A stretch of DNA of 20,000 bases, taken from the IMG/VR virus record IMGVR_UViG_3300025154_000091, one strand, 5' to 3'. Every line of letters begins with the position of its first letter. Within the stretch, counting starts at the first letter, position 1. A program made the position numbers and the translations under genes. A model generated the notes under the pieces. The model had not been told where the DNA came from. It saw nothing but the letters and a program-made list of their open reading frames with translations, and made no database searches. The stretch is from an uncultured virus (IMG/VR IMGVR_UViG_3300025154_000091). Lineage: Duplodnaviria; Heunggongvirae; Uroviricota; Caudoviricetes. Of this stretch, positions 7,776-16,705 are shown piece by piece.

Positions 7776-9662
7776 TTACAGTTCACACTGTCCTCCAGCA
7801 CATGCATACTCTTGTGAGGATGTAGTATTATCCTCCACCTCATAGTCCTTCAATCTTTCCCAATCAATCGTAGGAAATGTAGATGCTACTAGCTCATACT
7901 CCTCTTGTGTACATGGATTATATGGATTGATCTCATAGACTGAGCTGTCTACTGGGAAGAATGATAATCCTCCAATACAATCCCAGTTCTTCCAGACCCA
8001 AGCTTGTACCTCTGGGAAATCCTTATCAGTATAGTAGATAGTCTGACTAGGGTTACCATCGCACCAATGATCCCTATAGGTCTTCCAGAGTTCTAGCTGT
8101 TCTATAGGTCCCATATCACCCTGAGTAATAGAACCTTCAGGTGCTCTGATGGGGAAGGAGAAGTAAGTCTTATCACCTTTTATTTGATGAGGAACTCCTT
8201 GGTCTTTGAGCATCTTAGTGAGAGGGTCTTTATTATCTTGCGTAACTTTGCGGATAAAGAACTTGCTGTACCTTGGGTGCATCCCCGAACTGGAGTCGAC
8301 CAGTTGAGATACAGTACCACTAGGCTTAACAAGAGTAAGTTGCACAGAAGGACTAATGCCAAGTCTTTCAGCCCACAATCCATTAGTAGATCTTGCTTCC
8401 TCCTTTAATATAACTAACACATCTTTAAGTGTTTGCCAGGAATGGCCGGCCATGAAATGACCTCTTCCACTCATTACAGGGTGATCCATTACACCTGTAA
8501 GGCTCACACCTAATAGTCTTTCATCCTCTGCATTCTTCTTCCAAACCTTACGTATGTATCTAAAATCTGTGAGTGTGGACTGTAAGGTTCCTATGATAGT
8601 TGCAACCCTCACCTTCTCCTTCAAGGTTTCAAGAGTATCATCGGGTCTTACCACTACCTCAGTGAGATTACATAACCCACCAGAGCTACGGAGAATTGCT
8701 TCGCCGCAAGGATTCAAGATGTAGTGCATCTCAGGATCTCTACCACACTCTATAGCCTTCTGCCTTAGAGCTTCCTGATTAATCATCCCCCTCTCACCAG
8801 CCTTACTCTTATACATACTCCTGAACTCACCCAAGAAGGAATCAAGGTCAGGTCTCTCAGTGTACATTACTGAGTTGTTAGCTAAGAACCTCTGAGGATC
8901 TGTCAGGTAGAACTCTCCCGTCTTACAACGTCGCATCCTATCATCAGTAAGATTAGAAATAGAGATGCATGCAGATCTCCTAACTCCTCCCACGATAACC
9001 GTGTCAGCAATCTGACAGATGAGATCATGACACTCGAGACTATTAAGCTTCCTACCAACAGCCCTATTGAACAGCGCAACAACTTTCCTAAACAATAGAT
9101 CAAGCGGCTCCGGTCCACTACTTCTGCCTCCAAAGGTTTTAAGTCTAGCACCTGCAGGTCTCACTAAACTAAGATCCCACTTAGGTACATCTCCATTGTA
9201 CAGCAGGGCTATTAGTTCCTTTAGCGCCTTGCTCCAGCCTTCCTTACTGTCTTGAACTACAATGGTTGTATCTGTAGCATGCATATCCTCAGAGACTACA
9301 GGCATCTTAGTAATGAACTGTCTCTCTACTGAGAACCCTACACCACTACCATTCATTAGGATGTAGAAGATCTCATCGAAGGCACGAGGATGATCTATAG
9401 CGATGCCGGCACAGTTATACCCTGCAAGGTTGTCCCTCTTCAAGGCACGACCAGCAGTCATCATGGCTCTCATACTTGGCATGACTTCCATATTGTAGAT
9501 GGCATCACCTATAAGCATACCATCTGTATCATCAATCATACCTGTATCTATGAAGAACCCTACATACCTATCTACTGTTTCATCCCAAGTCTCTCTACGC
9601 TTCAGCTTATCCCTAAAGCGGGCATACTTACTAATATGAATGTAGCGCATATAGTCATTCAT
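7776..9662 (-). CDS. nrdJ: Class II (adenosylcobalamin-dependent) ribonucleotide reductase
   Basis: Motifs PSMRAM, YNC, GSGVGFS, GGVRRSA, NPCGE (thiyl Cys), CNLTE, KPSGTVSQL and C-terminal CAGGQC. No class I beta subunit is in the window. Confidence 0.9.
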   Translation of the reverse strand: MNDYMRYIHISKYARFRDKLKRRETWDETVDRYVGFFIDTGMIDDTDGMLIGDAIYNMEVMPSMRAMMTAGRALKRDNLAGYNCAGIAIDHPRAFDEIFYILMNGSGVGFSVERQFITKMPVVSEDMHATDTTIVVQDSKEGWSKALKELIALLYNGDVPKWDLSLVRPAGARLKTFGGRSSGPEPLDLLFRKVVALFNRAVGRKLNSLECHDLICQIADTVIVGGVRRSACISISNLTDDRMRRCKTGEFYLTDPQRFLANNSVMYTERPDLDSFLGEFRSMYKSKAGERGMINQEALRQKAIECGRDPEMHYILNPCGEAILRSSGGLCNLTEVVVRPDDTLETLKEKVRVATIIGTLQSTLTDFRYIRKVWKKNAEDERLLGVSLTGVMDHPVMSGRGHFMAGHSWQTLKDVLVILKEEARSTNGLWAERLGISPSVQLTLVKPSGTVSQLVDSSSGMHPRYSKFFIRKVTQDNKDPLTKMLKDQGVPHQIKGDKTYFSFPIRAPEGSITQGDMGPIEQLELWKTYRDHWCDGNPSQTIYYTDKDFPEVQAWVWKNWDCIGGLSFFPVDSSVYEINPYNPCTQEEYELVASTFPTIDWERLKDYEVEDNTTSSQEYACAGGQCEL

Positions 9663-10236
9663 TTATATGCTCCGAGATTTTCCTACACATATCTATAAAA
9701 TCTTCTTGACTCATATCTTGTTTCATTATATTTATACGCTTATCTACAAATTGTATATTAGATTTAACATACCCGACATTAGAATCTATCCTATCTACCG
9801 AAGCACTTCCTCTGGGTTTTGTCACATCAGAGTATTGCACCTCCGAGAAGCACAACTCAACACCACTTAGGGCGCATTTACCATCTTGCTTCACCCACTG
9901 CTCCTCTAAATCTTCTATAGAAATAGAACACTCTAATACCCTACCTCTATTCAATGTATTGCGTATTTTGGCAAGCACTGAGTGAGGAACCACATTAACA
10001 CCTTTCCAATGAGGGCTGCTACTTCCCCTTTTAGATTCTCCATTACACTTCCTACAAGACCTAGGAGAGTTCTTTCCAAACAACGTAGAGGGCTGTATAA
10101 ATCTTTTAAATCCGCACTTACATTCTACCTCCCACATTTGATATCCTGTAGGTTCAACAATCTTCTCCGTACTAAGTATAGTCCAGTCGTGAACTATACT
10201 ACCACAACTAGTCTGTATATCATATTTTCCATTCAA
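9655..10236 (-). CDS. HNH-like (homing) endonuclease
   Basis: WEVECKCG...SCRKC N-terminus. QDGKCALSG...SVDRIDSNVGYVKSNIQFV...INIMK is a ββα-Me nuclease signature. AT-rich. Confidence 0.8.
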   Translation of the reverse strand: MNGKYDIQTSCGSIVHDWTILSTEKIVEPTGYQMWEVECKCGFKRFIQPSTLFGKNSPRSCRKCNGESKRGSSSPHWKGVNVVPHSVLAKIRNTLNRGRVLECSISIEDLEEQWVKQDGKCALSGVELCFSEVQYSDVTKPRGSASVDRIDSNVGYVKSNIQFVDKRINIMKQDMSQEDFIDMCRKISEHINE

Positions 10237-10242
10237 ACCATC

Positions 10243-10320
10243 TTACCTCTCAATAAAGAACCACCATATTAGCACGAACACTGCTATGTATATCTCTGCT
10301 CCTGGCCATGATACTTCCAC
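10243..10320 (-). CDS. Possible 25-aa membrane peptide
   Basis: GTG overlaps the upstream TAG. Translation (M)EVSWPGAEIYIAVFVLIWWFFIER fills the gap. Confidence 0.4.
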   Translation of the reverse strand: MEVSWPGAEIYIAVFVLIWWFFIER

Positions 10321-10793
10321 TAGTCTTTTCCCGAAAGACTCTTCTGCTTATTGAGCTTAGTGATAATCAACTCTAAAGTAGCTAGGGCATTCCAAGCCCT
10401 ATGAGCTGCATGCAATAGTCCTGACTCAGGGTCTTTCTCCTCACCACTATGAAGTGCCAGATCATGCCTACCAAGGGCATCCTCGTATCTATCAAGAGCG
10501 TTATCCACAAATCTCCAAGACCCGGGTTGTTTGTATTTCTCCACCCCATAAGTAGTCACTCCAGCTACCAACTCTAAAGCCTTAGAGAAGTCAGACTTCA
10601 TAAGGCCTACCATCGCCTTGCCCTGATCATACTTCTTATCTTTGGCACCTGTAGGATCTTCTTCAACACTCAGCTCTTTAAGGAAATCTACATCCCAATG
10701 ATAGACAATAGGATTGGAACTCATCGGCCTGACAGCAGTACCTTTCATCTGATTCATCCACTCTTTATAATCAAACACAGGATTTACCTCCAT
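10320..10793 (-). CDS. dATP/dGTP diphosphohydrolase-domain protein (DUF5664-like)
   Basis: KYDQGK...L...VAGVTTYGVEKY...WR...RYEDALGRH...GEEKDPESGLLHAAHRAWNAL. Confidence 0.85.
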   Translation of the reverse strand: MEVNPVFDYKEWMNQMKGTAVRPMSSNPIVYHWDVDFLKELSVEEDPTGAKDKKYDQGKAMVGLMKSDFSKALELVAGVTTYGVEKYKQPGSWRFVDNALDRYEDALGRHDLALHSGEEKDPESGLLHAAHRAWNALATLELIITKLNKQKSLSGKD

Positions 10794-11223
10794 TGATCTC
10801 GGACTCCTTAATGGCTAATAGTTTAAACGGACTAACACCTTTAGAGTGATAGACTTCGCTAGCAGATCTCCTCAGTTGTGGTCTTACACTCCACCCTACG
10901 GGGGTTGGTTCTGATTCACAGAGCTGATTAAGGATATCTAGATCCTCTGAAGATATACTAGGAGCAGGTTCTGGTCTACGCTCTGAGTACTCACACACTA
11001 TGCCGGGACTAATCTGTGCATCACTAGGACTAGATACAACATACGCTTCAGGACCTGAGGTTGCTCTATCTACCTGCCTCCTATACGTATCCTCACGATT
11101 CCTAGTATATTCCTGATACCACATCTCATACCTAGAAGGTGATGTAGACCTAGATGCTGTGGAAGACTCTACAGCTCTCCTTGCAGCTACTAAATACTCC
11201 CCATATGAATTAACACTAGGCAT
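10771..11223 (-). CDS. Hypothetical Ser/Arg/Pro-rich protein
   Basis: 150-aa ORF overlapping both neighbours in operon fashion. Confidence 0.55.
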   Translation of the reverse strand: MPSVNSYGEYLVAARRAVESSTASRSTSPSRYEMWYQEYTRNREDTYRRQVDRATSGPEAYVVSSPSDAQISPGIVCEYSERRPEPAPSISSEDLDILNQLCESEPTPVGWSVRPQLRRSASEVYHSKGVSPFKLLAIKESEINGGKSCV

Positions 11224-11464
11224 TATTCAAATCCCAGTTAGTATCTTCAACACCTCTAGGGTCATCACCTATAGTCCTAGAGTAGTTATCCTTACTCCAA
11301 CAGAACCCTTTAAGGACGAATCCAGCACACCCTACACCCCGGGTAATATTAAATCCTTCACACTCAGGGCATGGCATCTCTATTGGGTTATCTCTTTGTG
11401 CTACTGGAAGGAGTTCTTCCCACTTATGTTTACAATCTAGACAACTGTATGTATAGGTTGGCAT
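11216..11464 (-). CDS. FmdB-family zinc-ribbon protein
   Basis: MPTYTYSCLDC...CPEC...FVLKG.W...Y pattern; GGAGG RBS. Confidence 0.85.
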   Translation of the reverse strand: MPTYTYSCLDCKHKWEELLPVAQRDNPIEMPCPECEGFNITRGVGCAGFVLKGFCWSKDNYSRTIGDDPRGVEDTNWDLNNA

Positions 11465-11616
11465 TAATAATGGTCCTCCATATCTTCATCATCTTCACTA
11501 TCAATCAATTCAATCATATCATTAACCTCTTCATAGAGATCTTCAAGGTTACTAATCTCAGCAGTGATAGATGTAGCTACAGCAGTAAGCTTACGAACTA
11601 CAGTCTTCTTCTTCAT
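11464..11616 (-). CDS. 50-aa protein with basic N-terminus and acidic tail (not in ORF track)
   Basis: Translation MKKKTVVRKLTAVATSITAEISNLEDLYEEVNDMIELIDSEDDEDMEDHY. ATGA and TAATG overlaps at both ends. Confidence 0.7.
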   Translation of the reverse strand: MKKKTVVRKLTAVATSITAEISNLEDLYEEVNDMIELIDSEDDEDMEDHY

Positions 11617-12302
11617 ATCTCAAGGTTCTCCGTATTCTTATCAAGTCTTAATCTTTTAAAGCGTGGATGCCTCATCTTCATACCGGGGGTCCATCCCATC
11701 ATCTCTACCTCAATAATACACCCCATAAGATCGCTATCCCAATATGCATCTCTCTGAAAATCAGATAACCCCGAACCCACATCACCATAATTGGTGATAA
11801 AGGATCCTAGTTTTCCTGTATACTTACCATCACCCTCTATCCTGCCAGTAATCCTTACATCAATAGTGTATACAGGCTTTACTTTATACATAGTAGATCC
11901 TTGGTAAAGTACAAGACCCTCTTCACCTCGGAGCAATGCATCCTTAAGGCACTGCATGATGAGAGTTTCACTAGGTTCATCTACTAGTGATAGGATCATG
12001 CGATTATCTATAACATCTGCATGACCTATAGAATATAGATGTGAACCATTCACAGTGTAAGCTCCTCTCTTCTTAACCAAAGAGATTGAGGTCTCCCAAT
12101 TAATATCGAAGACCTCGAAGGTTCCTTTAAGTGTAGGAAACCTATCGAAGATATCTTCAAAGTTATATAGAGGCTTATCATTCCTACTCATAGCTGATCT
12201 GGTAGAGGAATCTATAGTCACGTTGACTCCATCCAGCTTCTTTGTTATCAACCAAGTACCTTTTAGACTACCACCATTATAAGGCTTCATCTTCATCTTC
12301 AT
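11613..12302 (-). CDS. ATP-dependent DNA ligase (minimal, ~229 aa)
   Basis: Motif I KKLDG, motif IV EGLVL, motif V YKVKP, and an OB fold ending RHPRFKRLRLDK. Likely start is ATG 12302. Confidence 0.85.
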   Translation of the reverse strand: MKMKMKPYNGGSLKGTWLITKKLDGVNVTIDSSTRSAMSRNDKPLYNFEDIFDRFPTLKGTFEVFDINWETSISLVKKRGAYTVNGSHLYSIGHADVIDNRMILSLVDEPSETLIMQCLKDALLRGEEGLVLYQGSTMYKVKPVYTIDVRITGRIEGDGKYTGKLGSFITNYGDVGSGLSDFQRDAYWDSDLMGCIIEVEMMGWTPGMKMRHPRFKRLRLDKNTENLEI

Positions 12303-12480
12303 AATCGTCTTCCCTTTCAGGTGGTGTATAGATAGTTCTCCAACAGTTCCTACTCTTATACATACCACACTCCCTAGAGAAGTCATCCCAATCAAAGATG
12401 TGGGCTCTCCTAGAGAGGTGGCATTTATGACGTGAGCAGGTTCTTATGAGGCAATCAAATGCGGTACAATATACTCTCAC
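12277..12480 (-). CDS. Cys-rich hypothetical protein
   Basis: 67 aa with several Cys (YC...C...C.RH...C) and an acidic tail; overlaps the dut stop. Confidence 0.55.
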   Translation of the reverse strand: MRVYCTAFDCLIRTCSRHKCHLSRRAHIFDWDDFSRECGMYKSRNCWRTIYTPPEREDDYEDEDEAL

Positions 12481-12896
12481 CTACCAGTACTGCCCATACC
12501 TCCAGCACCCCTTATAGTTTCTGATAGGGTAGTCACCACCTCTAAATCTCCAGCATAGTGAGGAACAAATGTGATCTGTGCGAACCTATCACCCTTCTTA
12601 AGATGAGCTCCATCGGTCCCATGATTGAACATCTTCACCTTAACCTCCCCCGTATAGTCGCTATCCACAACTCCGAGAGATGCTACACACTCAAGCCTAA
12701 AGGCCATAGAGGAGCGGTGGGTAAGAAGCCCTAACCACCCCTTGTCTATCTCAAATGCAACGCCTGTACCTATAACCTCGCTCATTCCTGGAAGGATTAG
12801 GATATCCTCGGTGCTATAAAGATCGTAAGCACCAGCCCACATAGAACCTTTAGTAGGAACGATAGAGTCTTTCTGCAACTTCATTACCTTAACCAT
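12477..12896 (-). CDS. dut: Trimeric dUTPase
   Basis: All five motifs present: GAYDL, RSS, GVVDSDYTGEV, GDRFAQ, RGAGGMGSTG. Confidence 0.95.
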   Translation of the reverse strand: MVKVMKLQKDSIVPTKGSMWAGAYDLYSTEDILILPGMSEVIGTGVAFEIDKGWLGLLTHRSSMAFRLECVASLGVVDSDYTGEVKVKMFNHGTDGAHLKKGDRFAQITFVPHYAGDLEVVTTLSETIRGAGGMGSTGR

Positions 12897-12999
12897 TCAA
12901 TACTCCTGCTAATACCCAACCTAAGCACCAAGCTAATGCAGCAGCTACAGCAAGTGCGATAAAGTAATACACCTTACTATCAAGTAGTTTCTTAAACAT
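12889..12999 (-). CDS. 36-aa single-TM membrane protein (not in ORF track)
   Basis: GGAGG RBS. Translation MFKKLLDSKVYYFIALAVAAALAWCLGWVLAGVLNG. Confidence 0.6.
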   Translation of the reverse strand: MFKKLLDSKVYYFIALAVAAALAWCLGWVLAGVLNG

Positions 13000-13213
13000 G
13001 ATATTCCTCCAAGTAAAGACTTCCTAAGAAATCAGTCTTGAATACATTATGCACTGAGCACCTAGGACAGGTAGCTACAGCACCATGAGTGGTAAGAGCT
13101 ACGATACTATCCATCCTACCACCACATTCGTATTCTCCATGACCATAGTCTGATAACATTGTCAACTCATGGTGCCACACTACACACTTACCGGACACTG
13201 TAGAGAAACTCAT
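12992..13213 (-). CDS. Hypothetical small Cys/His protein (start uncertain)
   Basis: Fills the gap between genes; contains CPRC. Confidence 0.45.
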   Translation of the reverse strand: MSFSTVSGKCVVWHHELTMLSDYGHGEYECGGRMDSIVALTTHGAVATCPRCSVHNVFKTDFLGSLYLEEYHV

Positions 13214-13718
13214 AATATTTTAACCCCTTCATAGCTTCACAAAATGTACTCCACTCTGGAAGTTTGTGATTACTCCTCTGATTAATAATATTCTTCAAGG
13301 TCTTATAGTTAGTACATACTATTCGCTCCTGAATGAATCCACATGGAAGCATTTTCTTTATGAAAGATGTCGGTGCATTACCATCAATACAACTATTAAG
13401 ATAGTTGAGATATGAACTGGGTATACCCTCCTCGAAATCTTCCTGAAGCAGTGGTCGCTTCTTTATAGTGTGCATCGTTGACTCACTCTGCTTCGTGACC
13501 CCTACCCTGTATGTGTCAAATTGTATATGGAAATCTAAAGGTGCTGTTACACTCATCCACACTACCATACTTTCGAGAAACTTATCGTGGCCGCCACCTC
13601 CGAGCTTAGCTAACTTAAGAGCCACCCCATACATATTATCAGGGTTCGCATTATAAGACAATGCAAGTCCCCTCATAGCACAATCAAACCCTGCCTCATC
13701 AAGTATCTTAATCTTCAT
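13188..13718 (-). CDS. ThyX-like (flavin-dependent thymidylate synthase fold) protein, divergent
   Basis: GHDKFLE, V.APL, QFDTYRVG...QSESTMH, MLPCG and NYKTLKNIINQR..H...EW align with the ThyX layout. Confidence 0.7.
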   Translation of the reverse strand: MKIKILDEAGFDCAMRGLALSYNANPDNMYGVALKLAKLGGGGHDKFLESMVVWMSVTAPLDFHIQFDTYRVGVTKQSESTMHTIKKRPLLQEDFEEGIPSSYLNYLNSCIDGNAPTSFIKKMLPCGFIQERIVCTNYKTLKNIINQRSNHKLPEWSTFCEAMKGLKYYEFLYSVR

Positions 13719-13724
13719 TTATCC

Positions 13725-13928
13725 TCACAGAATATGACAGTTGTACCACTGGAGGAACTCATCCCTATCAGTAGCTTCTTCTATCAGCATGGTTGAACTC
13801 TTCCGCAACTCATTCTTACTAAAGATATCGTAGGAGTTACCAGAGTTAGTAAGTACATACATCTCATCCCTCTTAGTGACATCACGAATAGTATGACATA
13901 AGGTGCCGTTGTACGCCCTACTCGCCAC
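13725..13928 (-). CDS. Hypothetical protein
   Basis: Likely GTG start at 13928 after GAGGT. The track's 14015 start overlaps another gene. Confidence 0.55.
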   Translation of the reverse strand: MASRAYNGTLCHTIRDVTKRDEMYVLTNSGNSYDIFSKNELRKSSTMLIEEATDRDEFLQWYNCHIL

Positions 13929-14097
13929 CTCTATACCTCTTCGTGATGCTGAAGCCTGATACAACCTCGAGTGACCTAATCTTTTCAGTCTCTGGAAACG
14001 TGAGTAGGAAGTCATTCAGTTCCTCTTTGTTGGGGAACTCCTGTACAAAAGTATCACCAGTGCTCATATCAATGATGAGCCAGAATTTAGGATTCAT
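13918..14097 (-). CDS. 59-aa hypothetical protein (not in ORF track)
   Basis: TAATG coupling. Translation MNPKFWLIIDMSTGDTFVQEFPNKEELNDFLLTFPETEKIRSLEVVSGFSITKRYRGGE. Confidence 0.65.
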   Translation of the reverse strand: MNPKFWLIIDMSTGDTFVQEFPNKEELNDFLLTFPETEKIRSLEVVSGFSITKRYRGGE

Positions 14098-14294
14098 TAA
14101 AGCTTACACCTATCATCTATTTTATACTCATCACGAATCCTAAAGTTTTTATCAAACCCCTTATTCCCCGGGTGTGTGCACCACCAAATGGTTGGGTAAG
14201 GCTCTGAAGTAAACGCACAATCGTGCTCTATTGAGCTGTTTGTTACATAGTGACAATCTCTACACCTACTAATATTTAAAGTAATAATCTTCAT
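14097..14294 (-). CDS. Cys-rich hypothetical protein
   Basis: CRDCHY...C...WCTH...C pattern; TAATG coupling at both ends. Confidence 0.65.
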   Translation of the reverse strand: MKIITLNISRCRDCHYVTNSSIEHDCAFTSEPYPTIWWCTHPGNKGFDKNFRIRDEYKIDDRCKL

Positions 14295-14980
14295 TATTTA
14301 CCCATAGGAATCATGATAGGTCTACCCTCAACGATGGCAGCACAACCCCTGATAGGCCTACCAAGCTGAGTCTTATTGTACCTATAGGGACTACCCTTAT
14401 CCGAGATAAGACACCCTGCATCGAGACCCCACAGCAGCTTCTCTCCATTATCAAATGCAGTAGCACCAAACTTGGTGTGCGAGTGACCTAAGACTACAGA
14501 CCTGTTAAGAATCTTAGCAGCCGAGATAGCACCTCCATTCAGTGTATGAGCAAACAACCAATTACTTCTATCAGAATCTACTGTCAACCTTAACTCCTTC
14601 TTTAACCTCCACCCTTCAGGTGCCCCTACCACCTCCATGTAAGGGATCATGAACTCTCTAGGAACTCCTGCAACCCTAGAAGCTTTATAAGCTCTATCAT
14701 CATGATTAGATGATAAGATCTCTAGGGATGGAAAGATCTTTGCTAGGTCCTGCACAAACTTCCTACCCTTTTTAAGTTCATCAGACCAAGTATCCTTATG
14801 CTCAATACTCTTGGGGAAGGAACTGACGGAGTAGATGTCAAGAAGGTCGCCTAGATGGATAACCCTATCAGGCTTGTAGTAAGCCGCTGCATCTCTTACG
14901 AAATCTAAAGTATCTTTATGGTGATAGGGGCTGTGGGTGTCTCCGACAATGAGGAGTGAGTTGTTACTATAGCGTTTCAT
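14294..14980 (-). CDS. Calcineurin-like metallophosphoesterase
   Basis: Motifs GDTH, GDLLD, SNHD, H and GHSH. Confidence 0.9.
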   Translation of the reverse strand: MKRYSNNSLLIVGDTHSPYHHKDTLDFVRDAAAYYKPDRVIHLGDLLDIYSVSSFPKSIEHKDTWSDELKKGRKFVQDLAKIFPSLEILSSNHDDRAYKASRVAGVPREFMIPYMEVVGAPEGWRLKKELRLTVDSDRSNWLFAHTLNGGAISAAKILNRSVVLGHSHTKFGATAFDNGEKLLWGLDAGCLISDKGSPYRYNKTQLGRPIRGCAAIVEGRPIMIPMGK

Positions 14981-15479
14981 AGATCTCCTGTTTGTATTTT
15001 CTTAAATCCTCAATAGTCCAGACACCATCTCTCAGTACATCAGGGAATGTATCAGGTGTAAAGTAGATGATCTTATTCTTATAGCACCATTCAGCCAGCG
15101 ATAAATAAGTACCATCCTTACGCATCTTACATCCAGCATAAGCCTTCTTATTAGGATCACTGAAGAGGAACACAAGCTCCTTCTCAGGGTTGTCTCTAAT
15201 AATAGAGAGATACTTCTGGCAATCAGCACTACCCTTCTGAAAGTAACCTTTAACCTCGATCAGGATATTAGGGTGCTGTGGGTGTACGAAGTCTGGGTTA
15301 TAGATATGAGGTACTGTATAGCTCACCTTTGATTCTTTAGGTTCATAGAGGTAATTGCAGAGACACTCTCTAGCAACCTTTACCTCTAATGTGGATTTGT
15401 AAGGAGTGCCCTTAGCCTTGCGGATCTCAAGATCTTCCTTACTGCAGTAGGTTCTCTTTTTTCTATAGGTTCTCGACAA
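14967..15479 (-). CDS. Endonuclease I-like Holliday junction resolvase (T7 gp3-like)
   Basis: YKSTLE...YNPDF...IEVKGYF...FLF...WC. Likely TTG start at 15479 after GGAG. Confidence 0.85.
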   Translation of the reverse strand: MSRTYRKKRTYCSKEDLEIRKAKGTPYKSTLEVKVARECLCNYLYEPKESKVSYTVPHIYNPDFVHPQHPNILIEVKGYFQKGSADCQKYLSIIRDNPEKELVFLFSDPNKKAYAGCKMRKDGTYLSLAEWCYKNKIIYFTPDTFPDVLRDGVWTIEDLRKYKQEIYETL

Positions 15480-16278
15480 GCAATATCTCCTTGTAGTATG
15501 GCTCTCTCTTCTGCATGATCCACAATAGATCACAATTCTCTTTCATGAACTGCTCCCAATAACTACCAAACCTACACTGATACTCTTTAGCTGCTAGATC
15601 AAACATCTCCTGTGCAGTCTTACAGTTATTAATATTATCTAATACCTTAGCCTTAGCACCCAGACCATAGATGCCTGGGATATTATCAGTAGGGTCACCG
15701 GTTATAACTTGTCTATAGAAAGCTGCATCAGCTTCTTGTTCTGACACCTCATACAACCTCTCTTCGGCCCAGTTAAAATGGCTACCGGGAATACAATTAA
15801 GATCTTTATCTAATGTGGCTATGATATCTACACCGGGAGTATGAGCAATCCCTATAGCATCATCAGCCTCCATACCTACTGATACATCAGCGTCATAGTT
15901 ATCTACAAGGAACTGACGGATACCATCCAAATGTACAGGCTTCTGAATAGATACTCGGTTACCTTTATAGGGCTGAATGGTTGCAACTTGGTATCTGAAG
16001 TTACTCTTACCAGTTAGATACACCTTGTAGTCTATACCAACCTTCTCTATGATCCCCTCGATATAGGACATGGTAGACTTGACTACCTTATCCCACGGCT
16101 CAGGTTCATAGAAGATCTCTATGGCTGAGTCATCTACACCATCAGCCTTTAGGATCTTGTTGAGTTGTGTCTTACTATCAAAGACTGTACCCTTGTAGCG
16201 ATACTTCTTCCCATCACAGGCTGAGGATACTGCATAGCAGCAGATATCCCCATCTATGTGAGCTATAGCATCTTTCAT
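15463..16278 (-). CDS. 5'-3' exonuclease (T7 gp6-like)
   Basis: Motifs IDGD, NFR...YKGNR, EADD, DKDL and GDPTDNIPG..GLG. Confidence 0.92.
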   Translation of the reverse strand: MKDAIAHIDGDICCYAVSSACDGKKYRYKGTVFDSKTQLNKILKADGVDDSAIEIFYEPEPWDKVVKSTMSYIEGIIEKVGIDYKVYLTGKSNFRYQVATIQPYKGNRVSIQKPVHLDGIRQFLVDNYDADVSVGMEADDAIGIAHTPGVDIIATLDKDLNCIPGSHFNWAEERLYEVSEQEADAAFYRQVITGDPTDNIPGIYGLGAKAKVLDNINNCKTAQEMFDLAAKEYQCRFGSYWEQFMKENCDLLWIMQKREPYYKEILLVENL

Positions 16279-16445
16279 TTCTTATTCACAATAGATATAA
16301 ACAGCAAAGCTGGGGCAGCAAGACCTATTATAAGAACTACAGGAATATCAATCAGCCCCGACTTCTGCTCATTCTCTTTTAAAACATCTAGGGTAAGAGC
16401 AACACCAAACACCCACCACAATAGAAGTGCCAATTGAAAGATCAT
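16275..16445 (-). CDS. Small two-TM membrane protein
   Basis: Likely start is ATG 16445 (ATGA overlap). Two hydrophobic stretches. Confidence 0.55.
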   Translation of the reverse strand: MIFQLALLLWWVFGVALTLDVLKENEQKSGLIDIPVVLIIGLAAPALLFISIVNKK

Positions 16446-16705
16446 GGTTTCCTTATCTCTTCCCAATGCATCTGGCATCGATGTGCATCGTATACATTGT
16501 TGTATCTATACCTACCATCAGGAGATACCCACCATATACCATCCTTCTTCCAGCCTCTGTCAGTTATTAGATTCCATGACCTGACATATGAAGATTCATA
16601 TTCACCTATATCTTCTTTAGGAATATTAACCACCTCCCCTGAGTCATCGTATTTAACCCACCAGTCAAACGTTGATGTGCCTTCTCTAATCTTCTGCTCA
16701 GTCAT
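16442..16705 (-). CDS. Hypothetical protein
   Basis: GAGGAG RBS; Trp-rich (GWKKDGIWWVSPDG). Confidence 0.6.
   Translation of the reverse strand: MTEQKIREGTSTFDWWVKYDDSGEVVNIPKEDIGEYESSYVRSWNLITDRGWKKDGIWWVSPDGRYRYNNVYDAHRCQMHWEEIRKP

Noticed and set aside
10320..10793. Evidence for a 2-aminoadenine (Z) genome
   Set aside because: DUF5664 is widespread in unmodified phages, and no purZ or datZ is in the window.
13929..14015. Track start of the 96-aa ORF at 14015
   Set aside because: The region is better explained by the 59-aa ORF 14097-13918. GTG 13928 has an RBS.
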